From Myxococcota bacterium (GTDB lineage Bacteria > Myxococcota_A > UBA9160 > UBA6930), in the NCBI GenBank assembly GCA_020027245.1, contig JAHRAN010000056.1:1-55055 (forward strand): a stretch of DNA of 55,055 bases, given 5' to 3'. Below are positions 6,201-13,706 of this stretch, piece after piece. The notes under the pieces were generated by a model. That model was not told where the DNA came from, did not search any database, and worked only from the letters and a program-made list of their open reading frames with translations. The translations under genes were made by a program, and so were the position numbers. Within the stretch, counting starts at the first letter, position 1. Each line of letters begins with the position of its first letter.

Positions 6201-8713
6201 CAGTGGGTGATCTCACCTCCACGATTACCGCCATCCGTGCGCTTCGGGGAAGTGCAAACCCCATCACCAACACCGGCGTGGCGAATGCACTGGTCAACCC
6301 GACTGCCGGGCTGGCGAGCAACACCATACGGGTAGTAACCGAACCGATGACTGCCGAGTTCACTGGCAACACCGGCATGGTGACCGAAGACGCGAGCCTG
6401 ATCGCCGCAAGCGGTACCCTCACCGTGAGCGCCACCGACGATATGGGCAATGACATTGCGCTTAGGTTCGGCCCCACCATCTCGCCGGGGGCTTTTGGCA
6501 CTCTCACGGTCAATGCCGCTGGCGTGTGGACCTACACGCTGGATAACGCGAACCCCATGGTCAACGCGCTGGCGGAAGGCGCCACGCTGACCGACGACAC
6601 CACCAGGGCGAGCGCCATCAATACCGCCGAAAATGTCGGTGCCCTCGGTGAGGTCACCATCACCATCACCGGCGCGAACGATGCGCCGACTGCCGATGCC
6701 GGCGAGGCGCAAAACATGGTGGCCGATGGCGCGATGGTGACGCTGGACGGCAGCGAATCGAGCGACCCCGACAGCGGCGAGACCGAGACGCTGACCTACG
6801 CATGGTCGCAGACCGGCTCGACGCCAACCGGTACCACCGTCGAACTCACGGGCGCTGACACGGCCCAGCCGAGCTTCACGGCGCCCGAGGTGGCGGAAGG
6901 GATGATGCTGACGCTGACCTTCAGCCTGACCGTCACCGACGCGCAGGATGCGGCCTCGGCGACGGCCGACACCGTGGAGATCACGGTCGGCGGCATGCAA
7001 GACGCGCCGGTGATCGAAGATGTCGAAAGCCCGGAGCGTGTGCGCGTGGGCGACACGGTGGTGCTGACGGCCACCGCCAGCGACCCGGAAGGCCGGCGTC
7101 TGGCCTATTCATGGGCGCTCGACACGATGCTCCCCGCTGGCCTCAGCGTGGCGCTCGTGGGCGCCGAAACCGCCCGCGCTTCCTTCACCTTCAGCGAAGA
7201 ACTGGCGGCGGCGGTGCAGAGGCTGCGGTTCACCGTGACCGTCACCGACATCGCGGAGATGTCAACCGAGCAAAGCGTAACCGTCGCCATCAGCGGCCGT
7301 TACGAAGCCACCGAGGCGGCGCTTCAGGAACAGGTGCTGCCACAGGTGGTGCGCGCGATGATGACGCGCAGTGTGGGAACCATCGCGGGCCGCATCGAGC
7401 GGGTTGCCGAAAGCGCAGACAGCGGCGGCGGCGTCAAGAGCGCCTCGCTGAAGCTGGGCGGCGGTCTGCTCGGTCAGGCGCAGGCGCTGCGCGATGAGCA
7501 CTTCGACGCGAAGCAACTGCTCGCCGGCAGTTCCTTCGCACAGCCCCTGTCGTCGTTGAACATGAACGGGTCAGGTGGCGTGCTCTCGGGTCTCACCCTG
7601 TGGGGCGAGGGCGACTACCTGAGTTTTGACGGTAACTCCGGCGGCGTGGACTGGGATGGCGAGTTGTATGGCTTCCATGTGGGCGTGGATACCCAGTTGA
7701 CAAAGGAGTGGTTGGCCGGCGTGGCGCTCTCGTGGAGCGAGAGCGAAGTGGACTACCGGCTGGCCGCCGGCACTGCTGGCAGCCCGGCGGCCGACAGCGG
7801 CGAGCAGACGCTGTCCATGGTCAGCGTGCATCCCTACCTGAGCTTCTTCAGCCACGACGGGCTCGATCTCTGGGCGACGGTCGGTTACGGCACGGGCGAG
7901 TTGGAAGTCGAAGCGGCGGGCGAGGCCAGGGTGTCCCGGGACGCCGAGTTGTTCACCGTGGGGCTGGGCGTCAGCAACGCGCTGTGGGACAACGATGCGT
8001 CTGCGGTGCATTTCAAGGGCCGGGTGTCGCGTGGCGCGCTGGACATAGACGCGGCGAGCGAAGTGAACCTGATGTCGTCGGATGTGGCTGCCTACCAGTT
8101 GAATCTGGGGCTGGAAGCGAGCCACACCGCGCGGTTCGGCGACCGCGCGCTGGCGCTGGCGCTCGAAGCCGGCTGGCGTCACGAGGGTGGCGACGGGCGC
8201 GGCGGCAACGGCGCGGAAGTGACCGGCAGCATGCGCTACACGCATCCGGCCAGTGGCCTGAGCGTGGAACTGCGCAGCCACACCCTGCTGGGCCGTAGCG
8301 GTTACGATGAGTGGGGCATCTCGGGCGGCATCGTGCGCGAGGCGAAAGGCGGCCAGGGTCTGTCGTTCAGCCTGCGCCCGCGCATTGGCTACGCCCCGCG
8401 CACGCTGGACGCCCTCTGGCAGGACGCCGATGCCGCTTACTACGGGAGCGGAACAAAGGGCGAGGGCGCTTTGAGCGAGCACGGCCGGCGGCTCGAGATG
8501 GAACTGGGCTACGGCATCGGCCTCGGCTGGCGTGAAGCATTGCTGACCCCCTACACCGGCCTGACACTGGGCGAAGGCGCCCGCCGCTATCGCCTCGGCA
8601 GCCGCCTGCACACAAGCCAGCACTGGCGCAGCAGCGTGGAACTCCTGCGCGAAGATCGCCGCGACCGGTCAGCCGAGCACAGCATCCTGCTGAAACTCGA
8701 CCTCGACCTGTAA
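3227..8713 (+). CDS. Giant autotransporter-type surface protein (repeat modules + LRR + VCBS-like + PKD-like + C-terminal beta-barrel)
   Basis: 1,828-aa ORF. Signal peptide KIIAALTLGAAFLLHAPAAFA|Q. The last ~380 aa show the alternating beta-strand pattern of autotransporter translocators (LTLWGEGDYLSFDG, YGFHVGVD, AGVALSWSES, ELGYGIGL). The start is uncertain because of the poly-C tract (see findings). Confidence 0.85.
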   Translation: MTTLPPPPPGGGDGPTHEVNRARLTGRRSAFLRKIIAALTLGAAFLLHAPAAFAQTVPTVRSLSITSNPGADGMYVTGDNIEVTVTFSARILSSSAQLELTVGSAPRQARSSGVANPSSGHNQLEFRYTVMAADTDTDGISIAANSLAGDIVDGVTPHPNANLNHRALPANSGHRVNSAQTTPTGPTAGSPTVTSVALATPPGDDGMHVPNEVIDVFVTFSEAVSVTGTPQIALTVGSVTRQANYRSGSGTGSLLFQYTVMAADRDTDGISIAANALRLNGGMINSATNSATAANLMHGEEPFPAHRVNVTGAPPVAGPTVETPPVNCPAADSLTVRDLAITSLADADGSYATGDTIAVTVSFNACATVTGVPQLALTVGSATRQADYNRGSGTTALVFEYTVVEADADMNGISIAEDSLTATGDDITIVATADADIAAELDHAALAADPDHLVNASIPTVSGLAITSDAGMDNMYVTGDTIAVTLTFSEAVSVTRTPERMGTPERMGTPARTPQLALTVGTETRQADYESGSGSTALVFEYEVVAADRDTDGVSVAANTLHLNGGGINSAASGAIIANRAHMALAADEAQRVNIAPMVIGTRITSNPGSDGMYATDDNIDVTVSFSVSVSVTGTPHLTLTVGSQTRQANYLSGGHSSAQASPGNSLNRNHEGGGGSPGTALVFRYTVVAADRDTNGISVVADSLTAMGANTIVATDGGMNAVLDHAALEADNDHLVRYEPIGLCADDPMARSEAVRNAILARLSATAATCATVTETNLNSVSGPLDISSRSLAEFLPRDFAGLGAVTRLDLSGNMLSVLPFDAFAGLPTLTSLDLSGNSLAGLPVTVFNGLDALTTLDLSDNSLAALPVGVFAELDALTTLNLNGNARLMLPSGALNPVINTLTTLNLANTPYAPAPVISVVVLGEALHASPGAPATFTLVATRSQVPVELLAATQVAWSVTGGGLAAAQTGTNTIPAGGSSATFTVTPTAVGDLTSTITAIRALRGSANPITNTGVANALVNPTAGLASNTIRVVTEPMTAEFTGNTGMVTEDASLIAASGTLTVSATDDMGNDIALRFGPTISPGAFGTLTVNAAGVWTYTLDNANPMVNALAEGATLTDDTTRASAINTAENVGALGEVTITITGANDAPTADAGEAQNMVADGAMVTLDGSESSDPDSGETETLTYAWSQTGSTPTGTTVELTGADTAQPSFTAPEVAEGMMLTLTFSLTVTDAQDAASATADTVEITVGGMQDAPVIEDVESPERVRVGDTVVLTATASDPEGRRLAYSWALDTMLPAGLSVALVGAETARASFTFSEELAAAVQRLRFTVTVTDIAEMSTEQSVTVAISGRYEATEAALQEQVLPQVVRAMMTRSVGTIAGRIERVAESADSGGGVKSASLKLGGGLLGQAQALRDEHFDAKQLLAGSSFAQPLSSLNMNGSGGVLSGLTLWGEGDYLSFDGNSGGVDWDGELYGFHVGVDTQLTKEWLAGVALSWSESEVDYRLAAGTAGSPAADSGEQTLSMVSVHPYLSFFSHDGLDLWATVGYGTGELEVEAAGEARVSRDAELFTVGLGVSNALWDNDASAVHFKGRVSRGALDIDAASEVNLMSSDVAAYQLNLGLEASHTARFGDRALALALEAGWRHEGGDGRGGNGAEVTGSMRYTHPASGLSVELRSHTLLGRSGYDEWGISGGIVREAKGGQGLSFSLRPRIGYAPRTLDALWQDADAAYYGSGTKGEGALSEHGRRLEMELGYGIGLGWREALLTPYTGLTLGEGARRYRLGSRLHTSQHWRSSVELLREDRRDRSAEHSILLKLDLDL
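3239..3258 (+). repeat. Homopolymer tract C15 followed by G5
   Basis: Counted directly: C at 3239-3253 and G at 3254-3258. The tract lies inside the first 11 codons of the long ORF. Confidence 0.95.
3392..5450 (+). repeat. Five tandem ~125-145-aa passenger modules (coding repeat)
   Basis: Module starts are near 3401, 3797, 4226, 4600 and 5017. Each has the pattern ITS..G.DG.Y.TGD.I.VTV.F...V.VTGTPQL.LTVGS.TRQA.Y..GSG...L.F.YTV.AAD.DT.GIS. Confidence 0.85.
4715..4768 (+). repeat. 18-bp in-frame tandem repeat (TPERMG x2 plus partial copies)
   Basis: acgccggaacgcatgggc / acgccggagcgcatgggc / acgccggcgcgc / acgccgcaa. This is an insertion in module 4 relative to the VTGTPQ junction of the other modules. 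Confidence 0.9.
5582..5965 (+). other. Leucine-rich repeat block inside the autotransporter passenger
   Basis: 24-aa periodic LxxLxLxxNxLxxLPxxxFxGL units: LDLSGNMLSVLPFDAFAGLPTLTSLDLSGNSLAGLPVTVFNGLDALTTLDLSDNSLAALPVGVFAELDALTTLNLNGN. Confidence 0.85.
6349..6690 (+). other. VCBS-like domain segment
   Basis: G.VTED......SGTLTVSATD....FG......G.FGTLTVNAAGVWTYTLDNANP.VNALAEGATLTD......ITITGANDAP is the classical VCBS repeat pattern. Confidence 0.65.
6691..7300 (+). other. Two PKD/cadherin-like beta-sandwich segments
   Basis: ADAGEAQ.V.DGAMVTLDGSESSDPD..ETLTYAWSQT......F.APEV....TLTFSLTVTD, and a second VVLTATASDPEGRRLAYSWAL...RFTVTVTD. Confidence 0.55.
7560..8710 (+). other. Autotransporter beta-barrel translocator domain
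   Basis: The C-terminal region has amphipathic strands rich in G/Y/W/L. It is preceded by a helical linker (EAALQEQVLPQVVRAMMTRSVGTIAGRIE). Confidence 0.7.
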
Positions 8714-8821
8714 GCCCGCCGGACTGCCCCCGTCCGAGGTGGTTGCCGCCCCGGGCGAGGTGCTGATGCACCACCACCCCGTCATTCCCCGTCTATGCGG
8801 GAATGACGGGAAGCCCCGTCG

Positions 8822-8915
8822 CCCCTCCCTCTCCCTTACAGGGAGAGGGGAATTAACCAAGCGACGGAAGGGACCTCTGCTCCCTCTCCCTATGGGAGAG
8901 GGCTGGGGAGAGGGC
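8822..8915. repeat. Intergenic repeat family A, double-hairpin copy
   Basis: Hairpins cctctccc-ttaca-gggagagg and ctccctctccc-tat-gggagaggg are joined by aattaaccaagcg...acctctgc. Near-identical copies lie at 41192-41280 and, reverse-complemented, at 31021-31095. Confidence 0.85.
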
Positions 8916-8976
8916 ACTTCAGGCTGGTGAGGGGCGAAGCCCCTCGGGATTGGCTACACCCGATGTCCGTCTGCGC

Positions 8977-9053
8977 GGGGCGGTAGTTCAACTGGTTAGA
9001 GCACCGGCCTGTCACGCCGGAAGTTGCGGGTTCGACTCCCGTCCGCCCCGCCA
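8977..9053 (+). tRNA. tRNA-Asp (anticodon GTC)
   Basis: Cloverleaf folded by hand. Acceptor GGGGCGG/CCGCCCC, anticodon stem CCGGC/GCCGG with loop CTGTCAC, T-loop GGTTCGACTCC, and an encoded CCA. Confidence 0.9.
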
Positions 9054-9080
9054 CCGGCAATCCCCCTTCCCGGTGATGGG

Positions 9081-10925
9081 ATGAAAGGACAGAACATGGG
9101 CGACCCTGGCTGTGGTTTCACGCGCCGCGTGGCGACCCTGCTGGCGCTTTCGGGCGTCGCTCTGGTGCTGGCCGCTTGCGCGAGTCTGCCGGCCAAACTC
9201 AACCCCACTGCACCGCGCGCGCGCGCGCTGTTCGAGACCTTCTTCGAAGAAGAACTCGCGCAGAGTCCCGAGTGGCTCAGCATCCTCGGTCGGCCCGAGC
9301 GCTCTGGAGAGTGGGACGACTACTCGCCCGCCGGTATGGACGCGCGCCTGGCTTTGTTCGAGCGGCAACTCGAAAGGCTGCGCGCCGAGATTGACCCGGC
9401 GCAACTCGACCCCGACACCCGGCTGAGTTTCGATCTCTTTGTGTACAACCGCAGCCTCGCCCTCGACGGGCGCAAGTGGCGGGAGCACGACTACCCGGTC
9501 AACCAGATGTTCGGCGTGCACTCGTCGCTGCCGAGTTTTCTGATCAGCACGCACCGGGTTGCTGATGTTGCGGACGCGGAGGCGTACATCGCGCGTCTCC
9601 GGGGCATCCCGCAGGTGCTCGAAGATATTGGCGCGGGGCTCGAACGGCGCGCCGAGGGCGAGGTGATCCTGCCCGCCTTCCTCTTTCCCAAGGTGATTCG
9701 AGACATCGAGAACCTGCTCGCTGGTCGTCCCTTCGACGCCGATGCCAGCGAGGACAGCACGCTGCTGGCCGACTTCCGGGCCAAGGTAGAGGCGCTCGAA
9801 CTGCCCGATGCCGAGGCGCGCCGCCTGCTTCTGGCTGCGGGTGCAGCACTGAGCGACGCGGTCGGCCCGGCATACCAGCAACTGCGCGCCACCCTGATGC
9901 GTCTGCAGCGGCGCGCCGATGCGCGCGCCGGCGTGTGGAAGCTGCCCGAGGGCGCGGACTACTACGACTACCGGCTGCGTCTCATCACCGGCACCGATCT
10001 CTCAGCCGAGGCCATTCATCAGTTGGGTCTGCAAGAGGTCAGCCGCATCCACGAGGAAATGCGCGGCATCATGCGCAAGGTCGGTTTCGAGGGGGAGCTG
10101 CGCGACTTCTTCCGGCACCTGCGCAAGGGCAGGGCGTATCGCTTCGACGACACCGAGGCCGGGCGCGCGGGCTACCTGCAGATGACCCGGCAGATCATTG
10201 ACGGCGTGACGGGGCGGCTTCCCGATTGGTTCGAGCGGCTGCCCGCGGCCGGGCTGGAAGTGCGCCCGGTCGAGGCCTTCCGCGAGGCCTCGGCGGGCAA
10301 GGCCTTCTACCGCAGCCCGTCCGCGGATGGCGCGCGCCCCGGCATCTACTACATCAACCTGTCGCAGATGGATTCGATTCCCTGGTACGGGGCCGAGGCG
10401 CTGGCCTATCACGAGGCGCTGCCCGGTCACCACTTGCAGATAACGCTTGCGCAGGAGGCCGACCTGCCCTCGTTCCGTCGCTACGCCGGCCAGACGGCCT
10501 ACACGGAGGGCTGGGCGCTGTATGCGGAGTTGCTGCCCCGGGAGGGCGGACTTTACACCGACCCCTATTCGGATTTCGGGCGTCTCTCGATGGAGTTGTG
10601 GCGCGCCTGCCGGCTGGTGGTGGACACCGGCCTGCACGACCAGCGCTGGAGCCGCAAGCGGGCGATGGATTATCTCCGCGCCAACACGCCGAACAGCGCC
10701 GAGGACATCACGAAGTCGGTTGACCGCTACATCGTGATGCCGGCGCAGGCCACGGCCTACAAGATCGGGATGCTGGAGATTCTCGCGCTGCGCGAAGAGG
10801 CCCGTGAAGCGCTGGGCGACGACTTCGACATCCGCAAGTTCCACGCCCTGATTCTCGATGGCGGCCCGATGCCGCTGCCGATGCTGCGCCAGCGCGTGGA
10901 AGCGCATCTGGCTGCACGGCCTTAA
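9081..10925 (+). CDS. DUF885-family lipoprotein (metallopeptidase-like HExxGHH motif)
   Basis: ATG 9081 is chosen because the annotated start at 9024 overlaps the tRNA. Lipoprotein-type signal LALSGVALVLAAC. The YHEALPGHHLQ motif and overall length are typical of DUF885. Confidence 0.75.
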   Translation: MKGQNMGDPGCGFTRRVATLLALSGVALVLAACASLPAKLNPTAPRARALFETFFEEELAQSPEWLSILGRPERSGEWDDYSPAGMDARLALFERQLERLRAEIDPAQLDPDTRLSFDLFVYNRSLALDGRKWREHDYPVNQMFGVHSSLPSFLISTHRVADVADAEAYIARLRGIPQVLEDIGAGLERRAEGEVILPAFLFPKVIRDIENLLAGRPFDADASEDSTLLADFRAKVEALELPDAEARRLLLAAGAALSDAVGPAYQQLRATLMRLQRRADARAGVWKLPEGADYYDYRLRLITGTDLSAEAIHQLGLQEVSRIHEEMRGIMRKVGFEGELRDFFRHLRKGRAYRFDDTEAGRAGYLQMTRQIIDGVTGRLPDWFERLPAAGLEVRPVEAFREASAGKAFYRSPSADGARPGIYYINLSQMDSIPWYGAEALAYHEALPGHHLQITLAQEADLPSFRRYAGQTAYTEGWALYAELLPREGGLYTDPYSDFGRLSMELWRACRLVVDTGLHDQRWSRKRAMDYLRANTPNSAEDITKSVDRYIVMPAQATAYKIGMLEILALREEAREALGDDFDIRKFHALILDGGPMPLPMLRQRVEAHLAARP

Positions 10926-10927
10926 GA

Positions 10928-10995
10928 GCCCTCACCCGGCGATGGACTTTATGGCCCATCGCCCCCTCTCCCATAGGGAGAGGGGAAAAAGAGGC
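10928..10995. repeat. Intergenic repeat family A, single-hairpin variant
   Basis: cccggcgatgg..cccatcgcc followed by cccctctccc-ata-gggagagggg. The layout matches 14289-14352. Confidence 0.75.
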
Positions 10996-11000
10996 CCCGC

Positions 11001-11774
11001 CTAACCGTCGCCCCCGAAGAGCGGGCAGTGCGCGCGGTATTCGCACCAGCGGCAGAGTTGCGACTTGCGCGGCGTCCAGTCGCTTTCGTTGCGGATGCGG
11101 TCTATGTGCAGCGTCGTGTCGTTACGCAGCGCCTCGCGCTGCTCGGGCGTGCGCAGGGACGAGCGCATCTTGTCGGGCAACAGGTAGTGCCAAACCAGAC
11201 GCACCACGCCTTCTTCCCGCCACAGCTTGCGCAACCCCAACTCGTAGAGGCCAAGCTGGCGATCGTTGTCGAGTTCCTTTTGCCTGGGTATGCGCCGCCC
11301 GGTCTTGAAGTCGTGGATCTCGAGCACGCCGTCCCGGCTGCGCACAATGCGGTCAATGACGCCGCGCACGGTGTACTGCTCGGCGTCGTCGAGCGTGAAG
11401 TGGATGGGCTTTTCGAGCCCGAGGGTCTCGTCGGCGTCGAAGGGGTAGAAGCGCCGGTAGTAGTTTTCGAGCCCGCGCGCGCCGTTGTCCCGGTAGAAGT
11501 CGAGGCCCGCATCGTCGCGCACGATGCGCGTGCGCTCGGGGTCGAACCTGTCGTCGAAGCTCTGCCGGTAGCGCTGGAGCACCTTGTTCAGCGAGGGCAC
11601 CATGCCCCGACCCACAAAGCGGTAGAGCCGTTCGAGCACCTCATGCACGCGCTTGCCGACGAAAGCCTCGATGGTCTCCGTTTCCACCGGGAGCTTCAGC
11701 ACATAGCGGAAGTGGTACTGCTTCGGGCAGCGCTCGAAGCAACCGAGACTCGAAGGGCTGAAGGTTTTTTGCAA
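11001..11774 (-). CDS. PD-(D/E)XK nuclease, RecB/Cas4-like with Fe-S cysteines
   Basis: The N-terminus SPSSLGCFERCPKQYHFRYVL and the C-terminal CRWCEYRAHC give the 1+3 Cys arrangement of Cas4/AddB-type nucleases. Core residues GVIDRI ... EIHDFKTG fit D..(D/E)xK. Confidence 0.75.
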   Translation of the reverse strand: MQKTFSPSSLGCFERCPKQYHFRYVLKLPVETETIEAFVGKRVHEVLERLYRFVGRGMVPSLNKVLQRYRQSFDDRFDPERTRIVRDDAGLDFYRDNGARGLENYYRRFYPFDADETLGLEKPIHFTLDDAEQYTVRGVIDRIVRSRDGVLEIHDFKTGRRIPRQKELDNDRQLGLYELGLRKLWREEGVVRLVWHYLLPDKMRSSLRTPEQREALRNDTTLHIDRIRNESDWTPRKSQLCRWCEYRAHCPLFGGDG

Positions 11775-11807
11775 TTTGCGCGTCCCCGGTTGCGGCGCCG
11801 CCGGTGT

Positions 11808-12278
11808 TCAGAGCAGCGGCGGCTCGCGTGACTCTAGCAGCGCGCGCGCGCGCAGAACCATGTCGCGCTCGCTGTCGAAATCGAGCAGCGTGGCGGCGCT
11901 TTCGATGGGCGCCCAGAAGACGCGCTCCATCTCGCCGTCCGCCGGATGCCCGTGGCCCTGCCGCCAGGCCATCAGAAAGAAGCGCACGCGCTTGGCGACG
12001 CGCCGCGCCTCGCTGGCCTCGAACCAGGCATACGCCACCTCGCCGAGCGGCTCGAGGATGCGCGCCTCGATGCCGGTTTCCTCGGCGACCTCGCGCAGCG
12101 CGGCCTGCTCGGCGCTCTCGCCCGGATCAATGCGCCCCTTCGGCAGCCGCACCCGCCGCGCGCCGAGATTGCGGTCCCGCTCTTCGGCCAGCGCCACGAC
12201 CAGCCCCTCGGCCCGCCGGCGCACCACCACGCCGCCCGCGCTCCTCTGCGTCGGCCCGGAACCATAGCGCCTGGTCAT
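11808..12278 (-). CDS. NUDIX hydrolase
   Basis: Nudix box GRIDPGESAEQAALREVAEETGI (GX5EX7REUXEEXGU). The start is uncertain: ATG 12278 is preferred and the ORF is open to 12341. Confidence 0.85.
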   Translation of the reverse strand: MTRRYGSGPTQRSAGGVVVRRRAEGLVVALAEERDRNLGARRVRLPKGRIDPGESAEQAALREVAEETGIEARILEPLGEVAYAWFEASEARRVAKRVRFFLMAWRQGHGHPADGEMERVFWAPIESAATLLDFDSERDMVLRARALLESREPPLL

Positions 12279-12368
12279 GGCATCAAACCTTCCTGTGCAG
12301 CGCGCCGTGTGGCGGCGTTCGCTAGTATCCCCCGAATCCACGCCCCGTCACGAGGAATTTCAGCGTTG

Positions 12369-13235
12369 ATGAGCACGCGAAACGAGGAAGTCTACGAGCA
12401 GACCATCCGCGCGCTTTCGAGCGCCGGGGATGATGCGCTCAGCAAAGCCGACACCGAGGGCCTGCTGGACTGGCAGGAGGTTGCAGAATGGACCGAGCGG
12501 TGCAAGGCGCTGGTGCTGCATCAACGCGACCCGAGCGCGCTCAGAAGCGAGGTGCCCGCACTCGGCGAGCAGTTGCTGCGCCTGCTGCGGCGCCTGCCAC
12601 TGCCCGACGGGGCCGACGCCGAGCGCCTCGTTGCGGGCTTCATGAGCCGCTTGCCGGAGCTTCGCGCTTGCCTCGCCGAGGATGTGGAGGCGGCCTTCGA
12701 GGGCGACCCGGCCGCCAAGAGTTTTGGCGAGATCCTGCTCGCCTATCCCTCGATCCACGCCATCGCCATCTACCGCCTGGCCCATCTGCTGGTGACGCTC
12801 TGCGCGCCGCAGCTTCCGCGCATCATGTCCGAGCACGCGCACGCGCGCAGCGGCATTGACATCCACCCGGGCGCGCGCATCGGACGGCGCTTCTTCATTG
12901 ACCACGGCACGGGCGTGGTGATCGGCGAGACCAGCGAGATCGGCGACAACGTGCGCATCTACCACGGCGTGACGCTGGGTGCGTTCTCGCCGCGCCGGGG
13001 GCAGACCATTCGCGGCGTGAAGCGGCACCCGACCATCGAGGACGATGTGACCATCTACCCCGGTGCGACCATCCTGGGCGGCGGCACCGTTGTGGGGCGC
13101 GGCAGCGTGGTCAACGGCAACGCCTATGTCACCGAGTCGGTCCCGCCGGGCTCGCGCGTGGTGCCGGAGGCGCCGCGTCAGGAAGTGCGCCGCCCGGACG
13201 GCGCCGCGCCGGGCCAGTTGCGCTGGGATCTCTAG
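12369..13235 (+). CDS. cysE: Serine O-acetyltransferase
   Basis: In-frame ATG at 12369 (MSTRNEE). Hexapeptide-repeat core GIDIHPGARIGRRFFIDHGTGVVIGETSEIGDNVRIYHGVTLG. The upstream part of the annotated ORF is antisense to the Nudix gene. Confidence 0.9.
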   Translation: MSTRNEEVYEQTIRALSSAGDDALSKADTEGLLDWQEVAEWTERCKALVLHQRDPSALRSEVPALGEQLLRLLRRLPLPDGADAERLVAGFMSRLPELRACLAEDVEAAFEGDPAAKSFGEILLAYPSIHAIAIYRLAHLLVTLCAPQLPRIMSEHAHARSGIDIHPGARIGRRFFIDHGTGVVIGETSEIGDNVRIYHGVTLGAFSPRRGQTIRGVKRHPTIEDDVTIYPGATILGGGTVVGRGSVVNGNAYVTESVPPGSRVVPEAPRQEVRRPDGAAPGQLRWDL

Positions 13236-13250
13236 GGCGTGCCGCTTCGG

Positions 13251-13706
13251 ATGATGAAGCCGACTTTAACCACCACCACCACCGCGCGCGCGCTTTCGGG
13301 CCTGGTGTTTTTTGTTCAGCTCGCGCTGCTCGGCGTGCCGACGCCGCTCGCCGCCGAAGATCCGGATGGCTGGTCGTACCGGCTCGCACACGAAATCATG
13401 AGCCCCTGGTGTCCGGGGCTTTCGCTCTCCGATTGCCCGAGCACACCGGCAGCCGAGTTGCGCGTCTGGATCATCGAGCAGGAGCGCCACGGCAGAACGC
13501 GCAGCGAGACCGAGGCGCTGCTGCTGGAAAGTTATGGCGACACGCTGCGGCAAACCCCGGAGCCGCAAGGCGCCGGCCTGCTGGCGTATGCCATCCCCGC
13601 GCTCGCCCTGCTGCTCGGCGGCGTCGCCGTCGCCATCCTGTTCCACCGCGCAGGCCGCAGCGCGCAGGCGTTGCCCGTCCCGTCTGACCCGCAGGACAGC
13701 GCGTGA
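13251..13706 (+). CDS. CcmH/CycL/NrfF-like cytochrome c maturation family protein (atypical Cys spacing)
   Basis: It has a signal peptide. The block S.WCPGLSLSDCPS.PAAELRVWIIEQ...G.T..E....LLESYGD, followed by a TM helix, mirrors the CcmH layout. The canonical CxxC is replaced by C-x8-C. Confidence 0.55.
   Translation: MMKPTLTTTTTARALSGLVFFVQLALLGVPTPLAAEDPDGWSYRLAHEIMSPWCPGLSLSDCPSTPAAELRVWIIEQERHGRTRSETEALLLESYGDTLRQTPEPQGAGLLAYAIPALALLLGGVAVAILFHRAGRSAQALPVPSDPQDSA

Noticed and set aside
3578-7000. 1,140-aa ORF on the minus strand, antisense to the autotransporter
   Set aside because: This is a typical high-G+C antisense open frame. The product is Arg/Gly/Ala/His-rich low-complexity sequence with no motifs, while the plus-strand frame has clear domain structure.
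8739-8930. Small ORFs with recurrent peptides (…SLTGRGELTKRRKGPLLPLPMGEGWGEG…), also at 41022-41273 and 10708-11046
   Set aside because: They are translations of the family A palindromic repeat elements in various frames, so the similarity is at the DNA-repeat level. I see no SD or start context.
8960-9060. tRNA-Asp as an integration site for the autotransporter, and tRNA-Pro at 46789 as an island border
   Set aside because: There is no integrase, no direct repeat of the tRNA 3' end, and no clear compositional boundary. Only the REP-like repeats flank the tRNAs.
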